Below the pieces are notes generated by a model. That model saw only the letters and a list, made by a program, of their open reading frames with translations. It did no database searches and had not been told where the DNA came from. Position numbers and translations under genes: made by a program. 64,000 nucleotides of DNA from a virus (lineage: Duplodnaviria > Caudoviricetes): the IMG/VR virus record IMGVR_UViG_3300020045_002296, positions 10,974 through 74,973 of that record; one strand, given 5' to 3'. Shown here one piece after another: positions 37,760 through 49,323 of the stretch (positions within the stretch are counted from its first letter, which is position 1; each line of letters opens with the position of its first letter).

Positions 37760-40700
37760 ATGCGTTGCGTAATAGACATTGAATCAAGTAATCTGCTTAA
37801 CAATGAAAGCATTGATTACACAGCTTCACCATACAAACTAAAAGATGATTACCGTATTTGGCTGATTGTAGCTAAGGATATTGACACAGGAGAGATTCAC
37901 GTATTCCGTGAGAATGAGATTTGTAGTACTTTTATTGATTTCTATAAAGGGCTCTCTGTTTGTATTGGTCATAATCTGATTAACTTCGACATGCTTGCTA
38001 TCAAGCTGTACACAGGAATCAACTATTCTGTAGAACCTGATAGTATCAATGGTAAAGCTTGTGAAATCATTGATACTCTAGTGATCTCTAAAACACTTAA
38101 TCCAGACCGCTTAGGAGGTCACAGCTTGGACGCTTGGGGTAAGCGCCTAGGAGATAACAAAGGTTCTTATTCGGATTGGTCGAAGTACACTCCAGAAATG
38201 GAAGAATACTGTATCCAAGACGTGAACTTAACACATAAAGTATATCTTGAACTCTTGAAAGAAAAAGGTACATGGCCTTGGGATGAAGCTATTACACTTG
38301 AGAAGCAAGTAGCTGAGATTATTACTCGACAAGAACACCGTGGGTTTAACTTTGATAGTACCTTAGCTGTTGAATGTGTTAAAGACTTAGATGAAAAGCT
38401 ACAAGCAATCAAAGAAGAAGTTGAACCAGTCCTACCGCCTAAGCCTTTAGCTAAGACAGCAGCAAAGCTCTTTACACCCCCGGCAACACAGTTCCTAAAG
38501 AGCGGATTACCAAGCACACACCTGAAGAACTTTGTCGAGAAGCACTTAGGTACTTTTTCAGGAGAGCGTGAAGTTACAATCTTCGGTAAAGTACACCAAC
38601 TGCCGTTGCCACAGGAATCCTTAGTAACTCACGAGCCTTCTACACTGAAGGATACTACTCACATTAAAGAGTGGCTAGTGCGTGAGTTCAATTGGTCGCC
38701 TATCCAATATAAAGAGCGTGACCTAACAGTTAACTCTAAGAAGCAGAAGCTTGACAAAGTAGGCTTTGAAAAAGCTGTACATAAGTACGTAGAGCAAACA
38801 CTCGCATCAGCTTTCTGTAAAGATCGCTTAGAGCACATTGGATGCTCACGTAGTCAGTTGCTGTCTAAGTTGTTGTCTAAAGATATTTCGCGCCCCTGTA
38901 AGGTGTTGACTAACCCTACGTTCACAATTGGACAAGACAAAGAGATTTGCCCTAATCTTGTAAAACTTGAAGTTGAGTTCCCTCATACTCGTAAGCTTAT
39001 TGAGTTCTTGACTTACAGCCACAGACGCAACAGTATTCTTGGAGGTGGGTTTGATCCTGATGAAGACGAAGAAGCAGAGAAAGGCTTTCTAGCTAACGTA
39101 AGAGCTGACGGTAGAATCCCAACACCAGCCGATACATGCGGAGCAGGAACGTCTAGGTTCAAACACAGAATCTGCGCTAACATTCCTAGGGCAACTTCGT
39201 TGTATGGCGATAAGATGCGGAGCTTATTCGGAAGTGATTCAGAATGCTACCAGATTGGATATGACTTTGATTCTCTTGAGGCTAAAATTGAGTCCCACTA
39301 TTGCTTCAAGTACAAAGGTGGCCCTGAATATGGTGTGAGTTTAACAGCAGAGAAGCCGAACGATTGCCATACTGTGCTTGCTGGATATATCTCTGAACTG
39401 ATTAACAAGAAGTTTCCACGAGGTACAGCTAAATCCGTTAAGTATGGTTGCTTTCCAACTGATATTACGCAAGTACTTACGCCTAACGGATGGAAGAACT
39501 TTGACGAGCTTTCTGTTGGTAGTGAAGTATTTAGTATGGACACTAACACTAACATTGTCGGTATAGACACAGTTTCTCAAACTTGGTTCTATACTGAGGC
39601 AGATGTAAGTACATTTGGAAATTCTCGCTGGAACATGGAATGCACAGAGGATCACCGTTGGTTTGGACGTACAAAGTTTATGAACGTGTCAGACGGAGAC
39701 AGTAAGTTCTATACTGCTAATAGCTTTCAGACTAACTACTCTGTGCAAACGGCTGGAGAGTACGCAGGTGGAGATAGTAAAGTATCTGCTGATGAGGCTG
39801 CTTTGGTTGCTTGGCTTTTAAGTGACGGACACTACAAGTGGTCTAAGAAATCAAATCGAAAAGTACAAGGTATTTTTGGTAGTATTGCACAAGCTTCTCA
39901 TAAGTTCCAGAAGGAAGTGAAAGAAGTTCTGTTAGCAAACAGTATGTCATGGGAAGAAACTAACTTAGGAAGTGCTAATGAAAACGTAAATATCAGTTAC
40001 AGGCTGAAGGCAACAGAGCTTCGAGCGTTTATTGATAAGGTCGTTGGAAGTCGAGAAGATAAGCACTCAGTGGACTGGGTATCTTGGGTACTAAAACTCT
40101 CTGTCCCGGCTATGAAAGCTTTTCTGCATCATTTCTGGCTGGCAGATGGTTCAACCACAGTCGATAGTGCTACAGTTATTAAACAGAACCGGGGGAATAT
40201 TGCAGAAGCTGTTATGGTTGTAGGTAATATGCTAGGATACAAAGTAACACAGGCAGGCGGGAAATGTAGTACGATTAATTTACAGAAGGACTGTCATGTA
40301 GGTTTACAAACAGCAAAGCTAACACATAAGCGAACAACAGATGTAGCATGTATCACAACAGGTAAAGGCACATTCATTGTTAAACAAGCAGGAAGGATTT
40401 CAGTTACAGGGAACTGCAGTTATAATGCACAAGCAGCACGAGTTGCTAAGATTGTTGGGTGTGATCTGCACACTGCGCAGATTATCTTTGATGCTTTTTG
40501 GGTGCAGGCTTCTCCACTGAAAGAGCTTAAAGAGAACATGCAAAAGTACTGGGAGACAACAGGGCAGAAGAAGTTCTTACTTGGCTTAGATGGACGTAAG
40601 CTACCTATCCGCAGCAAAGGAAACGTAATTAATACAGCTTTTCAAAGTGCTGGTGTTATCTGTGCTAAGAAAGCTATGGTAATCCATGACCGTAAACTGA

Positions 40701-40780
40701 AAGAACATGGGTTTATTGTTGATCTCTTTTCAGAAGACTACAAACAAAAGACATTCGCACAACAAATGATCGCGTACCAT
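37760..40780 (+). CDS. polA: DNA polymerase family A, exon 1 (contains intein)
   Basis: 3'-5' exonuclease motifs DIES, GHNLINFD, YCIQDV; motif A GYDFDSLE; motif B AKSVKYG; ends at ..AYH. Confidence 0.92.
39449..40414 (+). mobile_element. Intein (322 aa) with LAGLIDADG endonuclease in PolA motif B
   Basis: N-terminal CFPTD..VLTPNGW; AWLLSDG and FWLADG motifs; C-terminal ITTGKGTFIV...TGN followed by +1 Cys. Confidence 0.9.
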
Positions 40781-41046
40781 AAATAATTGTGGCCTACTGT
40801 AGAGATACAGTTTGAATAACTCCTTTAATTGCTGGAAAGCTAAAGGCTTAAGCCTATGCCAATCAGCAGCCAAGACCTATTAAGGTAAGGTTCAGAGACT
40901 ATCGAAAGCGTAATAAGCGAGTAGAGTAGGTAGCAAGTGCTATCGAAATGGGGAGACTCCAGAAATGGAGTATGATATAGTCCGATCTGAATAGAAATGT
41001 TCAGCAGCGAAAGCGGCACTACTTAACGAGTAAGTGTGAACTACTG
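40781..41046 (+). mobile_element. Group I intron (266 nt, no ORF) in PolA motif C
   Basis: Exon ends CAT and intron ends G; P1 CCAU/GUGG; P/Q AATTGCTGGAAA/AATCAGCAG; R/S GTTCAGAGACTA/ATGATATAGTCC; splicing restores H|DE. Confidence 0.93.
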
Positions 41047-41304
41047 GATGAAGCGCAAATTGAAGTGACAAAAGATTTAGTTAAATTCAAGATGTTTAAA
41101 ACAGAACAAGAAGGGAAGGATTTCAGGTGTGAAAACCCGGCGTGGGGTGAACTAGGACATACAGACAAGGGCTGGTACTGTGCATACTCTCTTGTAGGTG
41201 TTCTTGCTACTGAAGCTGTGAAAGAAGCTGGAGAGTATTACAAGCTAAATGTAGAACTTACAGCAGGGTATATCATAAATCGCAACTGGTTTGGGTGTCA
41301 CTAA
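41047..41304 (+). CDS. polA: DNA polymerase family A, exon 2
   Basis: DEAQIEV...EAGEYYKLNVELTAGY..NRNW..CH; mature enzyme about 770 aa after intron and intein removal. Confidence 0.9.
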   Translation, partial: DEAQIEVTKDLVKFKMFKTEQEGKDFRCENPAWGELGHTDKGWYCAYSLVGVLATEAVKEAGEYYKLNVELTAGYIINRNWFGCH

Positions 41305-41318
41305 TTTCTCGTCTGGTA

Positions 41319-41347
41319 TTGACTATTGAATCTTCGTCTGGTATAAT
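41319..41347 (+). promoter_or_regulatory. Sigma70 promoter for the downstream HNH gene
   Basis: TTGACT-17 nt-TATAAT. Confidence 0.7.
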
Positions 41348-41371
41348 CCTCCTTTTAACATAAGGAGATTT

Positions 41372-41920
41372 ATGCAGATTGAATGGAAAGACGTTTATTA
41401 CGAAGGAGTTAAACTAGACAAGCAAGTATCGAACACAGGTAGAATGAGGAAAGCAGACGGAACTGAAATGACTGTATCTGACAACGGAGCCGGATATATG
41501 TCTTTCAGTTTCCACTCTATTAAGAAGAACGGAAAGTGGATGCAGATTCGTAAGTACGCTCACCGTCTTGTAGCAGAGTATTTCATCCCTAATCCAGATA
41601 ATTTACCACAGGTGAACCATAAGGACTTTGACAAAAGTAATAACTCAGTTGATAATCTAGAGTGGTCATCTCGTTCTGAAAATATCAACCACTCTCATGC
41701 TGGAGGAAGAATGCAGAAACGATATGAAGTTGGTGCTGTTGTTAAACTTACAGTCGATGAAGTAAAAGAGTGTTATACTCGTATTAAGAAAGGTGAAGGA
41801 GTTGCTGTAGTTGCAAGAAGCATGAATAAAGGTCGAACAACAATCAGCAGCATTCTTAATAAGAGAAGTCGTAGAGACATTACGGATTTGATTGATAAAG
41901 AATTATCTATGCTACAATAA
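41372..41920 (+). CDS. HNH homing endonuclease, NUMOD4/I-HmuI-like
   Basis: QVSNTGR..; AHRLVAEYFIPNPDNLPQVNHKDFDKSNNSVDNLEW..ENI.H. Confidence 0.88.
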   Translation: MQIEWKDVYYEGVKLDKQVSNTGRMRKADGTEMTVSDNGAGYMSFSFHSIKKNGKWMQIRKYAHRLVAEYFIPNPDNLPQVNHKDFDKSNNSVDNLEWSSRSENINHSHAGGRMQKRYEVGAVVKLTVDEVKECYTRIKKGEGVAVVARSMNKGRTTISSILNKRSRRDITDLIDKELSMLQ

Positions 41921-41973
41921 CTTAAAGTAAGATCATCTTGGTCTTGCGCTAAACTTAACTAAAGGAACCTAAA

Positions 41974-42335
41974 ATGCTAATTAACTTTCTCACTGTAGTC
42001 TCATGGATTTACTCCGCATGGATCATCCTACGATTTACCATCACAGAGTACGATGTACATCAATTCAAGAAGAAACACCCGATGATTCCATGTTCAAACG
42101 GTATGAAACCTTAGGAGTACATCTGTGCTTTCTTGAGTATTACCTTCCTTATCACTAAGTACTTCTTCTGATGTCTTGGGGAGCTTTACCTTTCTGGATT
42201 TACTCAGTTGATTATGAGAAGTACTTATCTGAGTGTACTTGCTGCTTTAACGATGAATGGAGAAGTGGATATTCCAATGTTATGCCAGTGTACGTACAGG
42301 AGAGTATTCAACGTAGGAAATTACAGGAGACTTAG
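41974..42335 (+). pseudogene. Disrupted membrane-associated hypothetical gene
   Basis: Strong promoter-leader/RBS; one frameshift near 42079 and an in-frame TAA at 42156. Confidence 0.4.
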
Positions 42336-42523
42336 ATGAAATAAATTAAAGAAGTGAAAAAATAATTCAGAACTGCTGTAAAACTGATGTATAATCTACA
42401 TAAGAGCTAGTAATCTCTTTAAAGGTACTAAATTGGAATCACTAGGTAATTACGCCTATGGTTAATCTCTAAATGAAATGGAGGGGTACTTTGTACTCCG
42501 ATAATTGATAAAGGAAACTTAAA

Positions 42524-43147
42524 ATGACTCAACCTATTAAACAACTAGACGGTATGTTTGTATTCTGCCAAATTCAACAACCAGTTGATTGCTACGAAAA
42601 AGCCCGTGGAAAAGAATGGAAATGCGGAATTGTAGTTGATGAGGATCAAGCTGATGCATGGGATGCTGTGTATCCAAAGCAAGGTGCTAAGATTGTTAAG
42701 ACGAGTGAATTCGAGGGTATTTACAAAGTAGCCCCACCAGATGCTTTCTCTAGTGAGAAGAAGCAATATGTAATTACCCTCAAGAAGAATACCAAGCTTG
42801 GTAATGGTAATGATGTTCCTGATATTTACCAACCAAAGGTACTACAGAAAGGTGCTAAAGGACTAGATGATCTTACTGACAGCGTTCTAGTAGGTAATGG
42901 CTCTTTGGGTTCTATGAGCGTAGATAACTGGGAATCTTCTAAAGGTTGGGTTGCTCGCTTGAAGAATATTCTTGTGGTTGATCTTGTTGAGTACAAGAAA
43001 GCTGAAGGTTCTAACTATACTTCTGGTGATGAATTCGGACAAACGGTAAAAGCTGAAACTACTTCGAGTAAAGCACCAGTAAAAGCCGTGGTTAAACCGA
43101 AGCGTGTAGTTGCAGAGGATGACGACTCAGATTTGCCTCCGTTTTAA
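42524..43147 (+). CDS. Single-stranded DNA-binding protein (phage type)
   Basis: LVGNGSLG.. OB-fold-like core; acidic tail ending in Phe (EDDDSDLPPF). Confidence 0.65.
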   Translation: MTQPIKQLDGMFVFCQIQQPVDCYEKARGKEWKCGIVVDEDQADAWDAVYPKQGAKIVKTSEFEGIYKVAPPDAFSSEKKQYVITLKKNTKLGNGNDVPDIYQPKVLQKGAKGLDDLTDSVLVGNGSLGSMSVDNWESSKGWVARLKNILVVDLVEYKKAEGSNYTSGDEFGQTVKAETTSSKAPVKAVVKPKRVVAEDDDSDLPPF

Positions 43148-43293
43148 TATAAAGTAACTCTCTGAGGTTAACAAACGCATTAGGACAGCCTCAGAGAGCT
43201 TGTAGCTGTACAGGTGGTGTACTCACTAGGTAGTACTGGTATATCGCCTTGTAGAGCTTTGTAGTGATAAATAGGTATAACAGAAAGAGTAAA

Positions 43294-43464
43294 ATGCAAG
43301 AAGAAACAATCACAATTACAAAAGCTGAGTATGAATCACTCATTAAGTCTGTACTCTGGTTAGACGCCCTAGAAGCTGCTGGTGTAGATAACTGGTGCGG
43401 TTACGATGAAGCGCACGTTATTCATCGACAATTGAAAGCTGAATACGCTTTGCAAGTTAAATAA
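43294..43464 (+). CDS. Conserved small phage protein
   Basis: WLDALEAAGVDNW.GY motif. Confidence 0.6.
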   Translation: MQEETITITKAEYESLIKSVLWLDALEAAGVDNWCGYDEAHVIHRQLKAEYALQVK

Positions 43465-43472
43465 GGAAATAT

Positions 43473-43715
43473 ATGAAACGTAAAGTAATCCCTTTTAGCA
43501 ATCTCCAAGTTAAACCTCCTTTGCTTGGTCTAGGTGTAATCTACATGGCTATGGACTTGTATAAAGCTCCTGCTTGGTCGTGGGGTGTATATGCTACACT
43601 TGGGTTTATCTTTGTTTGTAATTGGTTATACCGGGCGTTTACAGATGAACAGGTAGACGTACAAGGCTACAGTGATCCTAAGCAGAACATTGTGAATATT
43701 CAAGTTGGTAAGTAA
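43473..43715 (+). CDS. Small membrane protein
   Basis: Two hydrophobic segments; AAGGA RBS. Confidence 0.55.
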   Translation: MKRKVIPFSNLQVKPPLLGLGVIYMAMDLYKAPAWSWGVYATLGFIFVCNWLYRAFTDEQVDVQGYSDPKQNIVNIQVGK

Positions 43716-43749
43716 GATTAATCAGATTAAATAATTAAAGGAACCTAAA

Positions 43750-43994
43750 ATGACACAAGAACAAACACAAGTAATGACCGCAAAAGAACTCTTTAAGAAA
43801 CTTGTTGATATTCATACCGAGATTAACTCCTTCAAGGATTTGATTAAATCAATTAAGGATGATCTCAAGGAAAATAACTCAGAACTAGACTTTGGAAAAT
43901 CAACCAAGTTGCTGTAAAATCCGCAGCTTTTAAGACTGAGCAAGCTAAAGCAGATGCAGCAGCTTTCATTGAGATGATTGAAGAACTGACGTAA
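43750..43994 (+). pseudogene. Small coiled-coil protein with one frameshift (DsbA/GapR-like?)
   Basis: AAAGGA RBS; continuous after adding one A at 43896-99. Confidence 0.45.
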
Positions 43995-44016
43995 GCCTAA
44001 AGAAGTAAATTAACAC

Positions 44017-44052
44017 AACGCCTTGATCCTAAAAGGTCTTGGCGTTTTCTTA
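44017..44052 (+). terminator. Rho-independent terminator
   Basis: AACGCC...GGCGTT followed by TTCTT. Confidence 0.55.
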
Positions 44053-44063
44053 TTGGAGTATGT

Positions 44064-44255
44064 ATGAAGAAAGTAAAGAAAACTTCCACACAGCGATGTA
44101 GCTATTGTAAAGAACGGGCAGAATTTAAGACAACAAGTATTACATTCTTGAAATATGCTTGTGAATCCCATAAAGGTTCTATAGAGGCTCTAGATAAGGA
44201 AGATAACTACATGACAGAAGGCGATTATCAATCGTGGGGACGGAAGTATGGATAA
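44064..44255 (+). CDS. Small Cys/His-containing protein
   Basis: CSYC...ACESH; GGAG RBS. Confidence 0.5.
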   Translation: MKKVKKTSTQRCSYCKERAEFKTTSITFLKYACESHKGSIEALDKEDNYMTEGDYQSWGRKYG

Positions 44256-45243
44256 AAGTAAAATGGAAGTAGTCTGGGACTATGACTACATGAAATATTC
44301 AATCGGAGCTGTATGTGAAACTCGGACTATTAAGGTGACACATCCAGAAGGTCTTGAGAAGGAATTCAGTACACGTACAGAGTTCTGGGGACACTATCTC
44401 AAGAAAGAAAACGGATGGCTCAAGGAGTACAATTCAAAGCGTAAGATTAAGCTGTTACCAGAGGAATTCACCGTAGAAGATATTCAAATACCAATGAGTG
44501 TTCGTATCTGTAAAGAACGTGTAGACGAACATATTGGGCGTGTCCTCAATACTCTAGGTAAATCAAGGTACTACGGCTATGTAGGTAAGGGTGATTCTTG
44601 GCGGGTACAAGCCAGTACAATCTTGAAGTACAAAGGGAACAGATCAGAGATGATTCGTCCGTTACATCTAGGTACTATCGGGGACTATCTTGTAGAAGCT
44701 CACGGAGCTGAATACGTTACTCACTTGGAGGTGGACGATGTAGTTGTAGCAGACTGTTACGCTAACCCTGAACTTATCCTAGTCGGAATTGATAAGGATT
44801 ATTTAGGTTGTGCTTTAACTTTATTCAATCCTGATAAAATGGGTGAACCAGAGAAGATTAACGGCTTCGGTAAGTTGTACATCGGTAGCGACAAAAAGAT
44901 CAGAGGTGAAGGGCGTGTGTTCTTGTACCATCAAGTTCTCAGTGGTGATTCCAGTGATGGTTACAAAGCTAACTGTGCTAGTGATGTGAAGTGGTCTGAC
45001 AAGAGCTCATACGCTGTACTTAGTAAGTGCTCTACAGATAAGCAAGCCTTACAGGCTATGGTAGAAGCCTTCAAGAAGCTCTACCCAGAGCCTGAGACTG
45101 TCACTGGATGGCGAGGTGATTCAATTAAGATTGATTGGTTCTATGTTATGCAGGAATGTTTTACGATGGCTCATATGCTTAGATTTGACGGAGATAAGTT
45201 CTGCTTAAAGACAGTCTTGGATAAACTAAAGATTAATTACTGA
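44248..45243 (+). CDS. 5'-3' exonuclease / flap endonuclease (T7 gp6-like)
   Basis: YKGNR, LEVDDVV, GIDKDY, GDSSDGY motifs. Confidence 0.8.
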   Translation: MDKSKMEVVWDYDYMKYSIGAVCETRTIKVTHPEGLEKEFSTRTEFWGHYLKKENGWLKEYNSKRKIKLLPEEFTVEDIQIPMSVRICKERVDEHIGRVLNTLGKSRYYGYVGKGDSWRVQASTILKYKGNRSEMIRPLHLGTIGDYLVEAHGAEYVTHLEVDDVVVADCYANPELILVGIDKDYLGCALTLFNPDKMGEPEKINGFGKLYIGSDKKIRGEGRVFLYHQVLSGDSSDGYKANCASDVKWSDKSSYAVLSKCSTDKQALQAMVEAFKKLYPEPETVTGWRGDSIKIDWFYVMQECFTMAHMLRFDGDKFCLKTVLDKLKINY

Positions 45244-45253
45244 AAGGACAACA

Positions 45254-45811
45254 GTGAAAAAGAAACAAACCAAAGCTAAACCAACAGAACCTTCCTCGAT
45301 TCATCTCTGGACTACTTCTGATGTAACGCACTGGCGTGAGAAGCTCTTGAAAGAACAAAATGGATTAGACCCTATCACTAAAGAGAAGATCACATCAAGA
45401 GCTTGCTTAGATCATGACCATGCTAAGACTGGCGATAACGCTCAGAGAGTACGTGGTGTGTTAAGTTCACCCGTAAATATTTTCGAGGGCAAGGTAAAAG
45501 CTGTTTATCATCACTATCTTAAATATGCTACCGAACAACCGTTGAATGTGATCCTGCGTAACCTTGCGGCTTACTACGAGCGTGATAACTCACACTTACC
45601 ATTGCATACATCTTGGGTTAAAACTGTGCAAGCTAGTTTTAGTTCACTACCAGAGCCTAAGAAAGCTCTTGTGCTGAAAGAGCTTGGTAAAGAGAATGGC
45701 GGAAATGCTCTAGCTAGAAAGAAAATCTTCTTGGACTGTGTGAAATCGAAGAAGCTAAGTTATACTCAGTTGATGGAGTTAATCCTAAAACATAAACCTA
45801 ATAAAGAATAA
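45254..45811 (+). CDS. Recombination endonuclease VII (Holliday junction resolvase-like)
   Basis: LDHDH...VRGVL...NIFEGK...LRNLAAY. Confidence 0.8.
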   Translation: MKKKQTKAKPTEPSSIHLWTTSDVTHWREKLLKEQNGLDPITKEKITSRACLDHDHAKTGDNAQRVRGVLSSPVNIFEGKVKAVYHHYLKYATEQPLNVILRNLAAYYERDNSHLPLHTSWVKTVQASFSSLPEPKKALVLKELGKENGGNALARKKIFLDCVKSKKLSYTQLMELILKHKPNKE

Positions 45812-46401
45812 ATGAAAGCAAAAGATTATAATTTGATACAGTGGGAAGAACATTTCTATATTGATGAGACAAGTCCTTCTGGACTAAGGTGGGCTAGAAA
45901 TGTTATGTTTGGGAATAATAACAGTAGTTTCAGGTGTAAAACAGGTGATCCTGTTGGAAGTCTTAACTATAATGCTGACAACAAACCTGTTTTCTGGAGG
46001 ACAGGTTTGAAGGGTAGCTCATATTACATCCACAGAATAATCTGGTGTATGCACTATGGTCACATACACAATGCTTCTGTAGTTGATCATATTAATGGCG
46101 ACCCTTCTGACAATTCTTTAAAGAATCTAAGAGTAGTGTCTCAGAAACTGAATACACATAATCAGTCTTTGAGAAGTTCAAACACATCTGGCACGACTGG
46201 AGTAAGCCGATGTAGAGACAAATATTACACGGCTACATGGATGAATACTGATGGCACACAGGGGGGTCAAAATCTTTTGCAATTGAAAAATACGGTGAAG
46301 AAGATGCATTTAAATTTGCATGTGAGTTTCGTATCAGACAACTTGAAGTCCTAAATAATAAAGGAGCTAATTATACAGAAAGGCATGGCTTACTATCATA
46401 A
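45812..46401 (+). pseudogene. HNH-AP2 homing endonuclease with frameshift
   Basis: IHRIIW..VVDHINGDPSDN..KNL; C-terminal FACEFR..GANYTERHG lies in another frame after the G6 run at 46261-66. Confidence 0.75.
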
Positions 46402-46460
46402 CTATATTATCTCCAATACTAAGTATCTATTAATAAACTGAACTACAAAGGAACTAACGA

Positions 46461-47545
46461 ATGACAACACCACTTTCACTCCAGCAAGATATTATCCACC
46501 TCAAGAACAGAGGGTACTCCAGCCGTTTTCTAGCTGAGAAATTCCTTGGTTCATCCAAGAAGAAATCCACAGTAAACGATATTGTTTCTCGGTATAACAA
46601 AGAGCATGGAAATGCTTATGACCAGCAGGAGAGCAACCAGCTGAGGGCTTACTGTATAGAGGACTTGGGTTATTATAAACGTACTCCTGAGAAAAAAGTC
46701 GACCCTAATTCTTGGCGAGAGCTTGAGAATGCTTACTACGAGAAGAAAACTTACGCTAAGACGAAGGTAACTAAAGAAGGTTCACTGAAGATTATGTTCA
46801 TCCCAGATTCACAAGTACGACCCGGTGAATCCACAGAGTATCTTGCAGCTATTGGGCAGTACATCGTTGATAAGAAACCGGATGTAGTAGTCTGTGCGGG
46901 AGACTTCTGGGACTTTCCATCACTAAGTTCTTATGATAAAGGTAAGACAGCATTTGAGGGTCGTCGTCTAATGGATGATATTAACGCCGGTAAAATCGGT
47001 ATGAAGATTTTGCTTAAACCACTGAAGGACTACCAAGCAAAAAATTCTGACTATAAACCACGTATGGTGTTTACGGAGGGTAATCACGAAGGGCGTTTGA
47101 AGCGTATTCCAGAGAGTTCTTCAGAGTATGAGGGTTTTATTGGTATGCACTTGCTTGAGCTGGAAAAGACTGGGAAGTGGTTCCGTTCCTTAAACCAATC
47201 GAGATTCAAGGTATTTCATTTGTTCATTACTTGACACACCCCATGAATGGTAAACCTCTGGGTGGTAATGCTTTGTCTCAGCTTAAAGCAAGTGGAAGCT
47301 CATTTGTGGTGGGTCATAAGCAAACGCTTGATGTAGCTATGATGCCTGTTCTTGACGGTAGCATGCGTATCGGGATTATTGCTGGAGCTAGTTATCCTTT
47401 TGATGAAAGCTATAAAGGGTCACAAACGGGTAATCTTCACTTTCGTGGAATTATTCTCTTACACGAGGCTAAGGAGGGCTACGCTGATCCTAGTTTTATC
47501 TCCACTGAATTCTTGATTAACCGTTTGAAAGGAAGAAATGCGTAA
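46461..47545 (+). pseudogene. Calcineurin-like metallophosphoesterase split by one frameshift
   Basis: FIPDSQ, GDFWD, EGNHE, then HY...VGHKQ in the second frame; break at A4 47164-67. Confidence 0.75.
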
Positions 47546-48122
47546 GGTAACTAAAGAGTACAACCAAGACTGGTCTGTCCATTTCAAACTTGATCCTAAA
47601 AGCCCTTCAGGTCTTGCATGGAATAGAGAAGTAAGCGTCGGAAGAACTCATAGTAGTGTGTTATTCAAGTGTGGCGATCCCGTTGGAAGTATCAGTTTAA
47701 ATAAAAAGCTTAAACCTGTTGCTTGGGTTGTTAAGATTAACAAACTTCGTTACTTTATTCACAGGGTTATTTGGAGTATGAATTATGGTCATACACCGTC
47801 TGAGATTATAGTTGACCATATAGATGGTAATGGTCTAAACAACTCGATAGATAATTTAAGACTTGTAACAATGACAATGAACAACCGAAATAGGAAAATA
47901 CTTTCTTCTAACAGAACAGGTTTTGCCGGGGTTGGAAAAGACTTAAAAGCTTATAAAGCAACTTGGAGATATTTAGATGGTACAATAGGTTCTAAGTCAT
48001 TCCATTTCTCCAAGTACGGCGAAGCTGAAGCCTTCCGTTTAGCCTGTGAATACCGAACAGCACAGATTAAACTTTTAAATGAAAACGGAGCTAATTACAC
48101 AGAGCGTCATGGTAACGCTTGA
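47538..48122 (+). CDS. HNH-AP2 homing endonuclease
   Basis: IHRVIW..IVDHIDGNGLNNSIDNL..ACEYR..GANYTERHG. Confidence 0.88.
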   Translation: MRKVTKEYNQDWSVHFKLDPKSPSGLAWNREVSVGRTHSSVLFKCGDPVGSISLNKKLKPVAWVVKINKLRYFIHRVIWSMNYGHTPSEIIVDHIDGNGLNNSIDNLRLVTMTMNNRNRKILSSNRTGFAGVGKDLKAYKATWRYLDGTIGSKSFHFSKYGEAEAFRLACEYRTAQIKLLNENGANYTERHGNA

Positions 48123-48182
48123 CTTGTGCTACAATCAGGGGACAGTGAGAAATCATTGTTCTGTTTAATTAAGGAGTGATAA

Positions 48183-48388
48183 ATGAAACAACAGTACATC
48201 TACACATGTGAAGAAACAACTCAAGTACAGCTTGCCGTTCTCGTAGCGGGACAAAGCTCTATACAATCAAGGGTGCTTGCCAGAACCAAGTAGACCAGAA
48301 GAACTCTTGGTATGCTAAAGATGGTAAACCACGGTACGAACTTGTAACTTACGCACTCAATCGCGTACAACCAGAAGAATTGTGCTAG
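48183..48388 (+). pseudogene. Small hypothetical gene with one frameshift
   Basis: AAGGAG RBS; continuous after adding one C near 48236. Confidence 0.4.
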
Positions 48389-48422
48389 AATACATCTACA
48401 TTAACTTAAAGGAACTATAGAA

Positions 48423-48872
48423 ATGACTAACAAGACACCCAAAGAACTAACCCTCCAAGCAGGTAAAACTTACGTAACTAATGAAGGCGAAATTGTGACA
48501 ATGGAGGATATTGAATCTCCAGATGAGTTTTATGAACTACTCGGAAGTAATAACTTTAACTACAGCATAAGTGGTAAAATCTTTAGTTATACTGATTCTG
48601 AAGAAGATATTTCCCACGAGGTATTTGTAGACACTGAAGAACCAGAAGTAATCGACGAATTTTCCTTTAAGCAACGAACCAAAGGAACAAAGCGTAAGCT
48701 TACCTTCACGGATTATTCCGATGGTACAATCAACCTTAAATTCAAGACTAAAACTAAAGGACAAGACGTACTAATTGGTGGTATCCGCTTGAGTTACGCG
48801 GCCTTGGATTTCTTGTACGAGGCTCTGAGTGAGCTTAAAGCACAGGATATTGACGAACGTACTTATCACTGA
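48423..48872 (+). CDS. Hypothetical protein with N-terminal 'GKTY' module
   Basis: LQAGKTYVTNEGEIVT... Confidence 0.65.
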   Translation: MTNKTPKELTLQAGKTYVTNEGEIVTMEDIESPDEFYELLGSNNFNYSISGKIFSYTDSEEDISHEVFVDTEEPEVIDEFSFKQRTKGTKRKLTFTDYSDGTINLKFKTKTKGQDVLIGGIRLSYAALDFLYEALSELKAQDIDERTYH

Positions 48873-48890
48873 ATAACTCAAGGAACTACA

Positions 48891-49061
48891 ATGGAAATCA
48901 CAGCTATTATCGTAAAGTCAAACGGTCATGCTTACTTGGAATCTTTGTGGAGTGATCCTTCGGAAGCACATGAAGAACTAAAACGCTTGTATAAGTTACA
49001 AGCAAAAGACTCTTGGCTTGATAATGACGTGTATACACTTGAAACAGCAAAGGTACAGTAA
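48891..49061 (+). CDS. Small hypothetical protein (56 aa)
   Basis: AAGGA RBS; TAATG overlap with next gene. Confidence 0.5.
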   Translation: MEITAIIVKSNGHAYLESLWSDPSEAHEELKRLYKLQAKDSWLDNDVYTLETAKVQ

Positions 49062-49311
49062 TGAAAACATTTAAAGACAATGGCGAAGCCTTTGACTTGC
49101 CTCTTAAACTCTACGAACTACCACGGGAGACGTACTTTCGTTTAGCTGATGAAGAACTCCGAGATAACAAAGTGTTCTTCTTGATCATATTGACGGTGCA
49201 TATAGCTACTGCCTAAACAAAGAAAACCAAGTGATTCACTTCAGTTGTGGTACACTCGTTGTACTAGCAAGTCCTAGTGAAGTTTATCAAGCGTTCAACC
49301 AAACAATATAA
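49061..49311 (+). pseudogene. Small hypothetical gene with one frameshift
   Basis: Continuous after adding one T near 49182 (FFFDHIDGAYSYC). Confidence 0.45.
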
Positions 49312-49323
49312 CTAAGGAAATAT

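Noticed and set aside
41309-41344. Short direct repeat TCGTCTGGTAT flanking the -35 box of the HNH promoter
   Set aside because: Only two 11-nt copies; could be an insertion scar but is too short to interpret
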